From an uncultured Nitrospirales bacterium (GTDB lineage Bacteria > Nitrospirota > Nitrospiria > Nitrospirales > UBA8639): a stretch of 64,000 nt of DNA. The translations under genes and the position numbers were made by a program. Positions 52,864-63,240 of this stretch are shown in pieces; within the stretch, counting starts at the first letter, position 1, and every line of letters starts with the position of its first letter. The stretch spans positions 7,451-71,450 of the forward strand of contig CAWAXJ010000025.1 of assembly GCA_963785905.1 (NCBI GenBank). The letters are read 5' to 3'. The notes beneath the pieces are model-generated. The model was not told where the DNA came from and did not search any database. It worked only from the letters and a program-made list of their open reading frames with translations.

Positions 52864-54135
52864 TTAGGAAACTAAGGTAGACGGTCGCGGTCGACGAGTC
52901 ACCGGTCGGTCATGCCTTGTTGGACCTCCCGATCGAGGAGTTCCAAAGCCCCTTCCACCAGAATTTGTTCGAGGTCCACGTCTCTCCGGTGAGGTGGCAA
53001 CCAATGGCGGCCGGCTTCCCGTGGCACACGGAACCGCCTTCCCCAACAATTTTTCAATCATTCGTAAAGAACGATTATCCTCTCCTGTCACAAAACTGGT
53101 GGCCCAACCCTTGGCATTCATGCGCGCCGTCCGACCAATACGATGGATATAATCTTCCGGCACATGAGGCAAATCATAATTGATCACGTGTTGAATATTG
53201 TCCACGTCCAGCCCTCTGGCCGCAATATCGGTCGCTACCAAAATCTCAAAACGTCCACGGCGAAAGCCTTCCAGCGCCGCGCGGCGTTGAGGCAGCCGTC
53301 GGCCGGCATGCAACACAGCAACGCGACAACCTACCTTTTCCAAGGTTTCCCCGATCCGGTCAGCGCGATGCTTGGTTCGGGTAAACACGAGTACCGACCC
53401 CTCTGTCTCCTTTAAAATAGACAGCAGGAGGGAGGTTTTATCGGAATTGGCCGTGTGATGCACGGTATGGGTGACCCCCTCAGCCGGTGTGGCCGATTTC
53501 GACACCAGGGCTTTAAACGGATTGTTGAGAGACATCCTGGCCAAATCAGCCAGATTATCCGGCAACGTAGCCGAAAAGAGTAAGGTTTGACGGGGTTCAG
53601 GTAACGCCTCAATAATTTGATTGAGCTGAGGCGCAAACCCCATATCAAGCATCCGATCGGCTTCATCGAGCACCACGATTTGAAGCTTGGCAAACGAGAC
53701 CGTTCCCTGCCACATATGATCGAGCAGACGACCCGGCGTGGCCACAATGATATCCGGACGTTGCCGTAACCCGCGGACTTGCGCGTGCATATCAGCTCCA
53801 CCAACCAGCGTGGTCGCAAAAATCCCACGGGCCCGTCCAAACTTATCAACCGTTTCTTGAATTTGAAAAGCCAATTCCCGGGTTGGCGCTAAAATCATCG
53901 CCCGTGGCTGACCCTTAGGGCCATCTGCCAATCGTTCAATGATGGGAATGACAAAGGCGGCGGTTTTTCCTGTGCCGGTCTGGGCACACCCCAGCACATC
54001 CCGACCTTCCAAAGCCGGAGGGATGGCCTGGACTTGAATCGGGGTCGGCTCCGTTAAACCAAGCCTTTTCAAGACCTCGACTAAGGCAGCAGACACACCA
54101 AGCGCACCAAACTGTGACAACGCAGTTAAAGACAT
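52864..54135 (-). CDS. DEAD-box RNA helicase (RhlE-like)
   Basis: PTPIQ, AQTGTGKT, PTRELA, TPGRL, DEAD, SAT, HRIGRTAR; ATG 54135. Confidence 0.95.
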   Translation of the reverse strand: MSLTALSQFGALGVSAALVEVLKRLGLTEPTPIQVQAIPPALEGRDVLGCAQTGTGKTAAFVIPIIERLADGPKGQPRAMILAPTRELAFQIQETVDKFGRARGIFATTLVGGADMHAQVRGLRQRPDIIVATPGRLLDHMWQGTVSFAKLQIVVLDEADRMLDMGFAPQLNQIIEALPEPRQTLLFSATLPDNLADLARMSLNNPFKALVSKSATPAEGVTHTVHHTANSDKTSLLLSILKETEGSVLVFTRTKHRADRIGETLEKVGCRVAVLHAGRRLPQRRAALEGFRRGRFEILVATDIAARGLDVDNIQHVINYDLPHVPEDYIHRIGRTARMNAKGWATSFVTGEDNRSLRMIEKLLGKAVPCATGSRPPLVATSPERRGPRTNSGGRGFGTPRSGGPTRHDRPVTRRPRPSTLVS

Positions 54136-54465
54136 AAAACTATTCCTTTTGTTACAAGGATCGTATGTACACGGGGTCAGAAAACCGAGTGAAGCAGAAT
54201 TTAGGTGGGAAGTCCGCTCCGAGCAGGATCTGGTCGCGATACGATCGCGGGGCCCGAAGAATCTTAGAATGTTCCCGTCGTCGGACCGAATCGACATGAA
54301 CAATACTTAGGGTACAGCACAATCCCCTATTCTGTCAAATATTATGCCTTCACCATTAGCATCAGCATGGCGAAACCCACATTGGAATGCTACGATTTCT
54401 CGTCTAAAGCATCCGTTCATACGAAACTCTGGAGTACTTCACGTACTCGAACCCAAGGAAATAAA

Positions 54466-54969
54466 ATGATGAGCACCATCTACGATATCCCCTGTCAGAG
54501 CATCCAGGGAAAGGAAGAAACCCTCGCCAACCATAAGGGCAAGGTCTTACTTATTGTCAACACGGCCTCCCAATGCGGATTTACCCCTCAATTCCAGGGG
54601 CTGGAAGATCTCTATAAACAATTTCACGCAGTTGGCCTGGAGATCCTCGGATTTCCCTGCAATCAATTTGGCAGTCAGGACCCGGGAAGGAACGAAGACA
54701 TTCTCACCTTTTGCCAAACCAATTATGGGGTGACCTTCCCGATGTTTGCCAAAATTGACGTCAATGGTCCAGATGCCCATCCCCTCTTCCAACACCTCAA
54801 AGCCCAAGCACCGGGAGTACTCGGGTCCGAAGTCATCAAGTGGAACTTCACGAAATTTCTCGTGGATAAAACCGGTGCAGTCAAAAAACGCTATGCGCCC
54901 ACAACGAAACCCTCAGACCTCGAACAGGCAATCAAAACACTTCTCAACTCCCCTGCCAAACCGTCCTGA
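54466..54969 (+). CDS. gpx: Glutathione peroxidase (Cys type)
   Basis: VNTASQCGFT, GFPCNQFG, KWNFTKFL. Confidence 0.95.
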   Translation: MMSTIYDIPCQSIQGKEETLANHKGKVLLIVNTASQCGFTPQFQGLEDLYKQFHAVGLEILGFPCNQFGSQDPGRNEDILTFCQTNYGVTFPMFAKIDVNGPDAHPLFQHLKAQAPGVLGSEVIKWNFTKFLVDKTGAVKKRYAPTTKPSDLEQAIKTLLNSPAKPS

Positions 54970-55092
54970 ATGGTGCCAGGCCCTTCCTCGCAACTTCACT
55001 TTTCCATACTTCCAGAACATACCTTGCGCTAAACTCGCCGGAACCCCAAACCCATTCCCTCAATCTCCCTCCATTTGTTACCATGAGGCCTC

Positions 55093-56311
55093 ATGCGTAA
55101 TCTCTATACTATGATCCTTGCCGGTGGGCGCGGCGAACGCTTACTTCCGCTGACCCAACATCGCACCAAACCAGCCGTCCCCTTTGGTGGCAAGTATCGG
55201 ATCATCGATGTGACGTTGAGCAATTGCCTGAACTCCGGCCTGAGAAAAATCGCCGTCCTTATCCAATACAAATCCCATTCGCTGGATCGGCACATTCGCA
55301 CCGGATGGAATGTGTTCAATCCCGAATTGGGGGAATTCATCATGTCGATTCCGCCACAGCAACGAATTAGTACAGAATGGTACCGCGGAACGGCCGACGC
55401 CGTCTTTCAAAATCTTTTTCTCCTTGACCAGGAGCGGCCTTCCCACCTGTTGGTGTTGGCCGGTGATCATGTCTATAAAATGAACTATGCCGACATGTAC
55501 CGGTTCTTTCTGGAAACGCAAGCCGACGCCGTCGTCGGAGCCATTGAATGGCCCATCGAAGAAACCAGGAATTTCGGCGTGCTGGGCGTGGATAAAACCA
55601 TGCGTGTCCACCGCTTTGAAGAAAAACCCCGGGACCCATTCCCTCTCCCCGACGATCCCGCCCATGCCTTTATCTCCATGGGCATTTATCTCTTTCGAAC
55701 GGATCTGCTCTGTGAGGAGTTACTCAAGGATGCCTCTCAGGAATCCGCCCACGATTTCGGCAAAAATATCATCCCGAGCATGATTAAAAATCGACAGGTC
55801 TTCGCCTACAACTTTCAGGATGAAAATCGGAAACAAGTGAAATACTGGCGTGACATCGGCACATTGGACGCCTACTTTGAGGCCAACATGGATCTCATCT
55901 CCGTCGACCCCCTCTTCAATCTCTACGACCAGGCCTGGCCGATCCGCACCTATCAGGGCCAATTTCCGCCGGCCAAATTTGTCTTCGCTGATGAATTCGA
56001 AGGAGGACGAAAAGGCATGGCGCTGGATTCCATTGTTTCGGGAGGATGCATTATCTCCGGAAGCCGGGTGCAAAACTGTGTGATCTCACCAAACGTTCGG
56101 ATCGAACCTCATTCCGAAGTCCGCGATTCCGTCATTATGGAAAACGTCAGAATCGGCGAACGGTCCCGTATTCGGCGGGCCATCATCGATAAAGGGGTCA
56201 TCATTCTCCCCGACACCATCATCGGTCACAATCCCGACACACGACCGCCAACGCTTCCCCGTCACCGAAGAAGGCGTGGTCGTGGTCACCCAACTCCAGC
56301 AAAGGGCATAA
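55093..56311 (+). CDS. glgC: Glucose-1-phosphate adenylyltransferase; frameshift near 56240
   Basis: LAGGRGERL.PLT..R.KPAVPFGG, WYRGTADA, YWRDIGT; expected C-end DRQRFPVTEEGVVVV is in the next frame, stop at 56311. Confidence 0.94.
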
Positions 56312-56679
56312 AACAAGCCGATTGTATCTGCGGAATACACCTCTCTCGCAAGAAAACGGATAGTGAACCCTCGCCCGGGGAGGGGGATAATCTCCTCCCA
56401 TAGAGTTTACAGCGGGAATACGAACGGAGAAGGCCATAGCGCTTTCCCATTGTCCGGCCTGAAGAAAAACGCTCGGATCGACATTCAGATTGGATCGTAC
56501 CTCGAACGTTTTCATTCCAACCAGGTTCTTCGTCAAAAAATTCTCTGACCGTTTTCCCTCACCCACCCATTTACCCAACAACACACCATCTATACTTTTT
56601 CTCAAAGGTTCGTTACCATTCGCCCCCGAACGGCACCACAAAGAAGGCCGTACCACCTAACAACACAAGGAGCATACCC

Positions 56680-56772
56680 ATGGGCAAAAGCCAAGACGCA
56701 CGCAAAGAAACCAAAAAAAAACCCGCCAAAAGCATGAAGGAAAAGCGGGCCGACAAAAAAGCCAAAAAATAA
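56680..56772 (+). CDS. 30-aa Lys-rich small protein
   Basis: AAGGAG RBS, ATG, MGKSQDARKETKKKPAKSMKEKRADKKAKK*, hairpin downstream at 56809-56844. Confidence 0.75.
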   Translation: MGKSQDARKETKKKPAKSMKEKRADKKAKK

Positions 56773-56970
56773 GTCCAGGGATTCCTTCGCAAAAAGCCAA
56801 ACCCCACGGGTTGACGAGGGGGGACCTTACGCCCCTCGTCAACCTCTCACAAGAGTTTCCTTCACCCCACTTTACAGACAATTTTTTCGACGGGACTCAC
56901 GGCAGGCGTGTTCAACACTTCCCTTATTAAAGCTCGCTCTTCGCACGATGGTGTTCATCACGGACACGCC

Positions 56971-57225
56971 TTACCCGTATCGAAGCTTCAGGAGAAAAAT
57001 CCATCCCGACAACACCAGAGTCACCGTATTGGCGATGACCAGAGGCCAATCATGATTGACCAATCCATACACACTCCAGAGCAACACCCCTGTCGTTAAA
57101 ATTGCATACATGCCCAAGGAAAGATCTTTGGTATGTTTCGTTTTCACAATTTTGATCGCTTGCGGAAAAAACGCAGTGGTGGTGCATGCCCCTGCGATAT
57201 ATCCCATAACGGTGATCCAATCCAT
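56971..57225 (-). CDS. SemiSWEET/PQ-loop transporter
   Basis: 84 aa, three TMs, TTAFFPQAIK, TKDLS, LWSVYG, PLVIAN. Confidence 0.9.
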   Translation of the reverse strand: MDWITVMGYIAGACTTTAFFPQAIKIVKTKHTKDLSLGMYAILTTGVLLWSVYGLVNHDWPLVIANTVTLVLSGWIFLLKLRYG

Positions 57226-57436
57226 TGTGTCTCCTATTGTGTTCTGTGGCGTATACCAATGTGGGTGGGAAAAACCAACTCTACCGAGTTGCGGTATCGT
57301 CGATTCGCAAACTTGAGCAGATGATATGTGGTACAGATCTATCGCGGATCAGAGAAAAGTTGAATCGCAGAAACCAAATAACGTATTTTGTGGGAAGAAC
57401 TTATCCGGAAATCAATCCAATAGGAATCTGCGGGAT

Positions 57437-57751
57437 ATGACCTTACAAGCCCATGCCCAGGCGCTCTATGCAGGCATTCGAACTTTATTGGGCCAGCATG
57501 ACGCAAACCAGATACAGACTAAACTGGAACGTGAGCTGCGCCACGTCATTCCCACATGGAATCAAACCACGCCGGACTGTCCCGGATGGTATTGGTTTAA
57601 ACCTGAAGGGGTGAGCGAACCCCGACTGTTACACGTCAGTCATGGCCGGATTGATACCAAACTCATGGCCGATTTGGGTCCCCCGAATAATCTGGTGGAC
57701 GTCCAGCGCGTCAAAGGCCAGTGGGCGGGTCCCATTCTTCCACCTACCTAA
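57437..57751 (+). CDS. Hypothetical protein
   Basis: Plausible ORF with P..PGWYW...QWAGPI.PP motif seen in small phage-like proteins; start uncertain. Confidence 0.5.
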   Translation: MTLQAHAQALYAGIRTLLGQHDANQIQTKLERELRHVIPTWNQTTPDCPGWYWFKPEGVSEPRLLHVSHGRIDTKLMADLGPPNNLVDVQRVKGQWAGPILPPT

Positions 57752-57812
57752 CAGGGCTGTATCCTTCCCGCGCACCCTTGAATGCCATCCTGATCAACGC
57801 AGATTCCCGTTA

Positions 57813-58907
57813 TCAAAGCTGATTGAATTCCATAAATCGATACGCCACACTCACCACCTCCCGCAACTTTTGCATTTCCGGCGAGGTATCGTAAATGATC
57901 CAGATTCGGTGTTGGAGAGTGTCAATCAGTTGAAATGTCGGTTTATGATGAATTGATCCGATAGCCCACACCACTTCAGTAAGCACGGGAAATTCGATAT
58001 CGCTGGAGGACGTGATCCCGGCCACGGCATTGGTCAGATACTCCAGCAGAACTGCCCTCACGTCAGCATCCCCTTCGGCTCGCAACACTCGACCCAACCC
58101 TTTGGCGGCGGCGGCTCGAATCGATGGCTCCTTGTCCCGGTTCTCAAACAGGTGAAGCAGATGCGGGATCGCCTCGTGGCCCAGCCCCGCAAGGGCATAA
58201 ATCGCTTCTTCAGCATACCGCCTTTCCTGAATCAACTTCAGAAAATGCGGGAGGGCCTCTGAAGCGGGAACCAGCCGAAGCAGATCAAGAATGAGTAATT
58301 GACGGGCCTGACTCGTTTCGCGATCGGTTAACAAGGTCACCAGACGATGCGTCTGTCCCCATTCACTTAACAGCATAACTGGAAAATCGAAGTGCTCAAG
58401 TTCCCGGGTGAGTTGGTCGAAGGCAGACGAGCTATTGGTTAAGTCCAATGTCTCTCCCGTCATCAGAGGGATCTCGTCAATGGAGGCGTGGATTTCTTTG
58501 GACCAACCCAGATCCCTGCCGTTTAGACGATAGGATAACCGGCAGGCCGGGCCATGCCAGAGCCGGTCGGGCGCATCGGTCAACTCCGCATCTCCGCCAT
58601 AGCGGGTGACCTCTTGTTGCCGTTTACGCTCTTCGCAGATGACATGGAACTCCACATCATGCAATTGCGCGCCATCCGTCACGACCCGGAAGCCCAGATC
58701 TTCGAATCGACGCTGTACAACCTCCAGAATGCCACCGTGCGGAGCAAGGCCTTTTTCGCTCAACGCCAGGGCGGAGACCCAAATGACCTGAATGCGGGCT
58801 AGCTGTGATTTTTGCTCAGTGGTAATATGGGTGCGCCGGGCCTCACTGTCCGTCGACCACACCAGCACGAGAAGGAGAACGAGAGGAACCATTCCAACCA
58901 TGGCCAA
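57813..58907 (-). CDS. Secreted HEAT-repeat protein
   Basis: Signal peptide; AIYALAGLG.EAIPHL..IRAAAAKGLG repeats. Confidence 0.7.
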   Translation of the reverse strand: MAMVGMVPLVLLLVLVWSTDSEARRTHITTEQKSQLARIQVIWVSALALSEKGLAPHGGILEVVQRRFEDLGFRVVTDGAQLHDVEFHVICEERKRQQEVTRYGGDAELTDAPDRLWHGPACRLSYRLNGRDLGWSKEIHASIDEIPLMTGETLDLTNSSSAFDQLTRELEHFDFPVMLLSEWGQTHRLVTLLTDRETSQARQLLILDLLRLVPASEALPHFLKLIQERRYAEEAIYALAGLGHEAIPHLLHLFENRDKEPSIRAAAAKGLGRVLRAEGDADVRAVLLEYLTNAVAGITSSSDIEFPVLTEVVWAIGSIHHKPTFQLIDTLQHRIWIIYDTSPEMQKLREVVSVAYRFMEFNQL

Positions 58908-59058
58908 TCTCCCGGAGGTGCAAAGGGTATCAGAGGATGTGCAAGGGTACCAAAAATTGATACAATCTGAAAGATCTTTTCGTCAGACTGGGGATGATAC
59001 GAAAATAAAGATGCCCTTCCCTCCACCCGTCTTTGTGTATAAGGAGCATGGAACCATC

Positions 59059-59496
59059 ATGACCCGCCGCCCCTCTCTCAAAGTTCTGATCATGGGTATC
59101 GTTTCCGTCGTTGGGCTGTCGGTCCTTCCCCTTTTGGCCACGGCGCAATACGATGAGGTTCCCGATCCATTTGATACGTTTTTAAAAAACGTCTTGGATT
59201 TTCAGAAACCCACCGGGATCCGCGGCACCCTCCGGTATATCGAGCCTGATGAACAGATCATCTGGTTGAATTGGCAGGAGCGTTCCGACGATCGACCTCT
59301 CTTTCAATCGGGTTGGCTGGCGGTTCCCGGAGATGCCACCTTAGCTGTGCATCCGGAGAATGCCGAACAATTCGCCGCGCTGCAACAGCTTTCCAAGGGC
59401 ACCGCGTTGGAGTTAATTATTCAGGCAGACCCGCACAAGAACAGGCGAATCCTCTCCTATCGCGATATGGGCACATCTCCCAAAATTCCTTTATAG
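59059..59496 (+). CDS. Secreted hypothetical protein
   Basis: AAGGAG upstream; signal peptide ending ATA|Q. Confidence 0.6.
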   Translation: MTRRPSLKVLIMGIVSVVGLSVLPLLATAQYDEVPDPFDTFLKNVLDFQKPTGIRGTLRYIEPDEQIIWLNWQERSDDRPLFQSGWLAVPGDATLAVHPENAEQFAALQQLSKGTALELIIQADPHKNRRILSYRDMGTSPKIPL

Positions 59497-59540
59497 CGTT
59501 GGGGGCGTGACCGAACAGGACAGAATATCAGGACGGATAT

Positions 59541-60596
59541 CTAACCCGCCGGTTCGGCCAACGATTTCATCTCGATGACGAAACGGAATCGCACCTCGCC
59601 CTGCAGAACCCGTTCATAGCCTTCGTTAATCTGTTGAATGGGGATGACTTCCACATCGGACGTAATGCCGTGGTCCCCGCAGAAGTCCAGCATGTCCTGC
59701 GTCTCTCGAATCCCGCCGATGAGCGAGCCCACCATTCGACGGCGGCGCAAAATGAGGGTAAACGGCTGGATCGAGATCGGTTCCCTGGGCGCGCCGACAA
59801 CAATATAGGTGCCGTCGGTTTTGAGTAAATCCAGATATGCGTTGTAATCGTGAGCCGCGGAAACCGTATCAATGATGAAATCAAACTGTCGCGCGAGCCG
59901 CGTAAAGGTCCCTTCCTGCGAGGTCGCCGCAAAGTTGGAAGCTCCGAGGCGTTCCGCCTCTTTCCGTTTCCTGTCTGAGCGGCTCAAGACGGTGACCTCT
60001 GCCCCAAAGACCTTTCCGAATTTAACCGCCATATGTCCAAGGCCTCCGAGACCGACCACACCCAGTCGATGGCCTTTCCCCACACCCCACTGCCGCAAAG
60101 GCGAATACGTGGTAATACCGGCACACAAAAGGGGAGCCACCCCTTCCAGCGCTAGGGATTGAGGGATCTTCAACACATACTGCTCATTCACGACGATATG
60201 GGTGGAGTACCCGCCATAGGTCGGCTTGCCCTGTTTGTCCAATCCGTTGTAGGTCAGGATCATCCCCGCTTCACAATATTGTTCCAAACCCCGGGTGCAT
60301 GACGAACAGACGCGACAGGAGTCAACAAAACACCCCACCCCGACCGTCTCAGCTTCGCGAAACTTCTTCACCTCCGTCCCGACCTTCATGACCGTGCCGA
60401 CAATCTCATGGCCAGGGACCAGGGGATACATGGACCCGCCCCACTCGTTACGCACCTGATGAATATCGGAATGGCACACCCCGCAATAAACGATCTGGAT
60501 CAAGACGTCGTTCGACCCTACCGGTCGCCGATCAAACGTGAATGGTTCGAGTGTGGCCCCGGCTTTCAGTGCGGCATAGCCCTTGGTCGTCCCCAT
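59541..60596 (-). CDS. Zn-dependent NADP(H) alcohol dehydrogenase (cinnamyl-ADH/YahK-like)
   Basis: CGVCHSD, PGHEIVG, structural Cys cluster, PLLCAGITTYSPL, GLGGLGH. Confidence 0.93.
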   Translation of the reverse strand: MGTTKGYAALKAGATLEPFTFDRRPVGSNDVLIQIVYCGVCHSDIHQVRNEWGGSMYPLVPGHEIVGTVMKVGTEVKKFREAETVGVGCFVDSCRVCSSCTRGLEQYCEAGMILTYNGLDKQGKPTYGGYSTHIVVNEQYVLKIPQSLALEGVAPLLCAGITTYSPLRQWGVGKGHRLGVVGLGGLGHMAVKFGKVFGAEVTVLSRSDRKRKEAERLGASNFAATSQEGTFTRLARQFDFIIDTVSAAHDYNAYLDLLKTDGTYIVVGAPREPISIQPFTLILRRRRMVGSLIGGIRETQDMLDFCGDHGITSDVEVIPIQQINEGYERVLQGEVRFRFVIEMKSLAEPAG

Positions 60597-60611
60597 GGTC
60601 TCTCTCCTTAT

Positions 60612-60756
60612 GGGAATGTTGAAAAAGCCCGCCAGCCGCGTTCTCCTCATTCGCAAGACTCTCCGTACCACCGATACGCCTGGTCTTCCTCGCTACGTGC
60701 GGCCTTTCCTTCGAGGAACTCAGGACAGGGCTGGACGGGCCTTTTGGAACATTCCC
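60612..60756 (-). mobile_element. MITE-like palindromic element, copy 3, with nested REP-like insert
   Basis: TIRs GGGAATGTTGAAAAAGCCCG / CGGGCCTTTTGGAACATTCCC; insert TCCTTCGAGGAACTCAGGACAGGG at 60707-60730. Confidence 0.75.
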
Positions 60757-60870
60757 TTTGATCGATTGGTAATGCATCGAATTTGTTCAATGATTGCAGT
60801 AGTATAAGAAATTTTAAATAATCAACAGCATCCTTATCGGTTCAATCGATCTTGCGACAGGTAAAAATTG

Positions 60871-61719
60871 TTATGATTGCTGACTGAGAAATCGGGGACG
60901 ATCCCTGACCGAAACCATTCTCACCAGATCCCTGACAGACAAAATACCCACAATTTTCCGGTTTTCGGTTACCGGCAAATGCCGGATATGTTTTTCGGCC
61001 ATCAGATCACTGGCATCATGGACGGTCCGGTTGATATCGATATCGATCAACGTTTGCGTCATCAGCGAACCCACGCGGACCTGAGCGGGATCCTGATTCT
61101 GCGCCATCCCCTTGTGAATCAAATCGCGCTCGGTCACGATACCCGCCACTTCTCCGGCCTGCGTCACCATGAGGGCGCCGATCCGTTTGTCGGCCATCCG
61201 CCTGGCAACCGTAAGGAGGGTGGCTTCCCGATCGATGGTTTCAATATCGCGCCGCATCAGCACGCTCAGAGGCCGGTAGACATCATCCAAATCACGAATC
61301 GGCCCCTTCTCGGCATAGACAAAATGCTTTACCAGATCCCGGATGGAAATCAATCCAACAATGTGTCGACCTTCTGTGACACAAAGATGGCGGATGCCAT
61401 GTTTCTCCATAAAATGACTGGCATCGAGCATCATCCGATCGGATGGAATGGACAGTAACGGGCTTCCCATTATCTGCCCCGCGGTCGTCCCCGCCGGCGT
61501 CAAGCCTTTGGCCATCACCTGCCGAATGCAATCTGTCTCTGAAATGATCCCGATAATGGGCGGGTTTTGAGATTCCTGAGCGGCGGGATACACGACGAGA
61601 CTCCCAATCCGACGCGCGGCCATGAGACTGGCCGCATTCAGCACACACGTATCTTCGCTCACGCCCTCAAGATCGCGCTGCATACATTGTCCCACGGTTT
61701 CCCTGAATTCGACCGTCAT
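60871..61719 (-). CDS. Stand-alone four-CBS-domain protein
   Basis: Two CBS pairs (IGSLVV/GIISETD, IRHLCV; IGALMV/GIVTERD, IRHLPV); GAGG RBS. Confidence 0.9.
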   Translation of the reverse strand: MTVEFRETVGQCMQRDLEGVSEDTCVLNAASLMAARRIGSLVVYPAAQESQNPPIIGIISETDCIRQVMAKGLTPAGTTAGQIMGSPLLSIPSDRMMLDASHFMEKHGIRHLCVTEGRHIVGLISIRDLVKHFVYAEKGPIRDLDDVYRPLSVLMRRDIETIDREATLLTVARRMADKRIGALMVTQAGEVAGIVTERDLIHKGMAQNQDPAQVRVGSLMTQTLIDIDINRTVHDASDLMAEKHIRHLPVTENRKIVGILSVRDLVRMVSVRDRPRFLSQQS

Positions 61720-61921
61720 CGTTTTTCCTTCCTCAATTTTAGAAATGAGTTCAGAGCCGGCGCGTGATCCGGCCTGCTTCCCGTGTATGCATGGGGCCTC
61801 ACGCAGAGAGTGATTGACGCAAGAGGACACGCTCCCGGCCTAAGAAAATTACCTGTCAGTCCTGTCTGTGATGCCGTTTGAACGTCCATGGACAGACTCG
61901 GCTTATCCGGCAACAATCAGC

Positions 61922-62275
61922 TCAGGTCCGTTCCTGATCTTGAATAAATTGCCGCGCATTGACCAGCTCCTCATACGAGCAGAGTTGATTCTTGACCAAC
62001 AGATGCTCGAGGGCGGCAATCCGGAACATCACTTCGGGGAGCATCATATCGAGTCGCTCGTTGAGCGCTTCCAACGATTTCCCGGTGGGTTTTGAGACCC
62101 GGGCAGTGCGGGTGCTTTGCGACTTCTTTGTTTGCCTGGCGGGAGTCATCTTTTTCCTGGCCGGGGTCACCTTTTTTCTGGCGGGGCGGTCACTTTTTTC
62201 CTGGTGAGGGAAACTTTTTTGGGGGAAGCAGTCCGTGTAGATGATTGACGGGCAGCCTTCTTCTTTTATTGCCAT
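61922..62275 (-). CDS. Basic histone-like N-terminus plus helical C-domain protein; probable compensating frameshifts at the 5' end
   Basis: 21-bp repeats encoding ARKKVTP/ARKKMTP; an alternative frame gives KKAARQSSTRTASPKKVSLTRKKVT; GGAGG RBS. Confidence 0.65.
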   Translation of the reverse strand: MAIKEEGCPSIIYTDCFPQKSFPHQEKSDRPARKKVTPARKKMTPARQTKKSQSTRTARVSKPTGKSLEALNERLDMMLPEVMFRIAALEHLLVKNQLCSYEELVNARQFIQDQERT

Positions 62276-62440
62276 GATTTCCTCCGATAGCCAACGATGG
62301 ATCTCGAATCGAACAATTGGTCACAGTCATCTGCGATCTTTTGTCCCCACATACTTCTGAACGACTATACACCACCCTGCTCTATTTTCCGAGTACCCGT
62401 CAGCGCGTCCTGACGAATAGGCTGAGGGCCCTGTCCTGTG

Positions 62441-63010
62441 CTACCTCCTACTGAGGTTTTTCAATTCATGCTCAATGGTGCTCTGACAGTCGACACAAAT
62501 CCCGTGCGTCAGGCTCGGCATGGCCGCCCTTGCCAGGAGATCCAGCCGATTAATGGCATCCTCCAATTCGACCCATTCGTTTGTCGGAAGACGGGCCTTG
62601 ATACACCAACTACAAATCGCGAGAAACGCTTCCCCTCTCTTCACATCGGGATCGAGTAAGGGAACAGGGTCTCGTAAGTCCTCACGAAGGGGATGCGTGG
62701 AAAGGAGCAGTTCGTCATCCTGAAGAGGGGAAACCGTGAGTTGAAAATACCGGCGGCACTCTGCAGAATCGCAGCGAAACTTGAACACCGCAGCCTGTTG
62801 TTTCGTCCTGACAGCCTTGAAAATCTGGCCGTAGGCGTGACTGAGATCCTCCCCCTCAATGAACTCCCACAGCGGCTTTCCGATGACATGAGCACGATTC
62901 AGATGCCCCCCGGCATTCTGGCAGGCAAACTGTAACCACGCCTCATTGATAAACTGAATCCGATCGGCTCTGTCGATACTATATTGAATCGACATGGGCA
63001 TGATGGACAT
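62441..63010 (-). CDS. PAS-like domain protein with C-terminal CxxC...HGICxxC motif
   Basis: IQFINEAWLQFA..N..VIGKPLW; AICSWC...THGICVDC. Confidence 0.72.
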   Translation of the reverse strand: MSIMPMSIQYSIDRADRIQFINEAWLQFACQNAGGHLNRAHVIGKPLWEFIEGEDLSHAYGQIFKAVRTKQQAAVFKFRCDSAECRRYFQLTVSPLQDDELLLSTHPLREDLRDPVPLLDPDVKRGEAFLAICSWCIKARLPTNEWVELEDAINRLDLLARAAMPSLTHGICVDCQSTIEHELKNLSRR

Positions 63011-63240
63011 CCCGGTTGGGTGGGTACCAGAGCATTCATGGATGATAGTCTCATACTACGCCAACTGAAGAGGCAGTTCCAGATGGGGAACAGAAAAGTG
63101 ACTCTGCCCCGGAGCACGATTCGTTCAAGATACTTTTCCAGCAGGCCTGTTTTCCGATTCTTCTGGAAGAGGTTTCTTCGTTCCTGGTAGAGTGCGAAGT
63201 CGTTCTCCATTTTTTTCTATCGTGAGTAAGGAGTGCGGTA

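Noticed and set aside
54466-54969. Selenocysteine glutathione peroxidase
   Set aside because: The active-site codon is TGC (Cys); no in-frame TGA.
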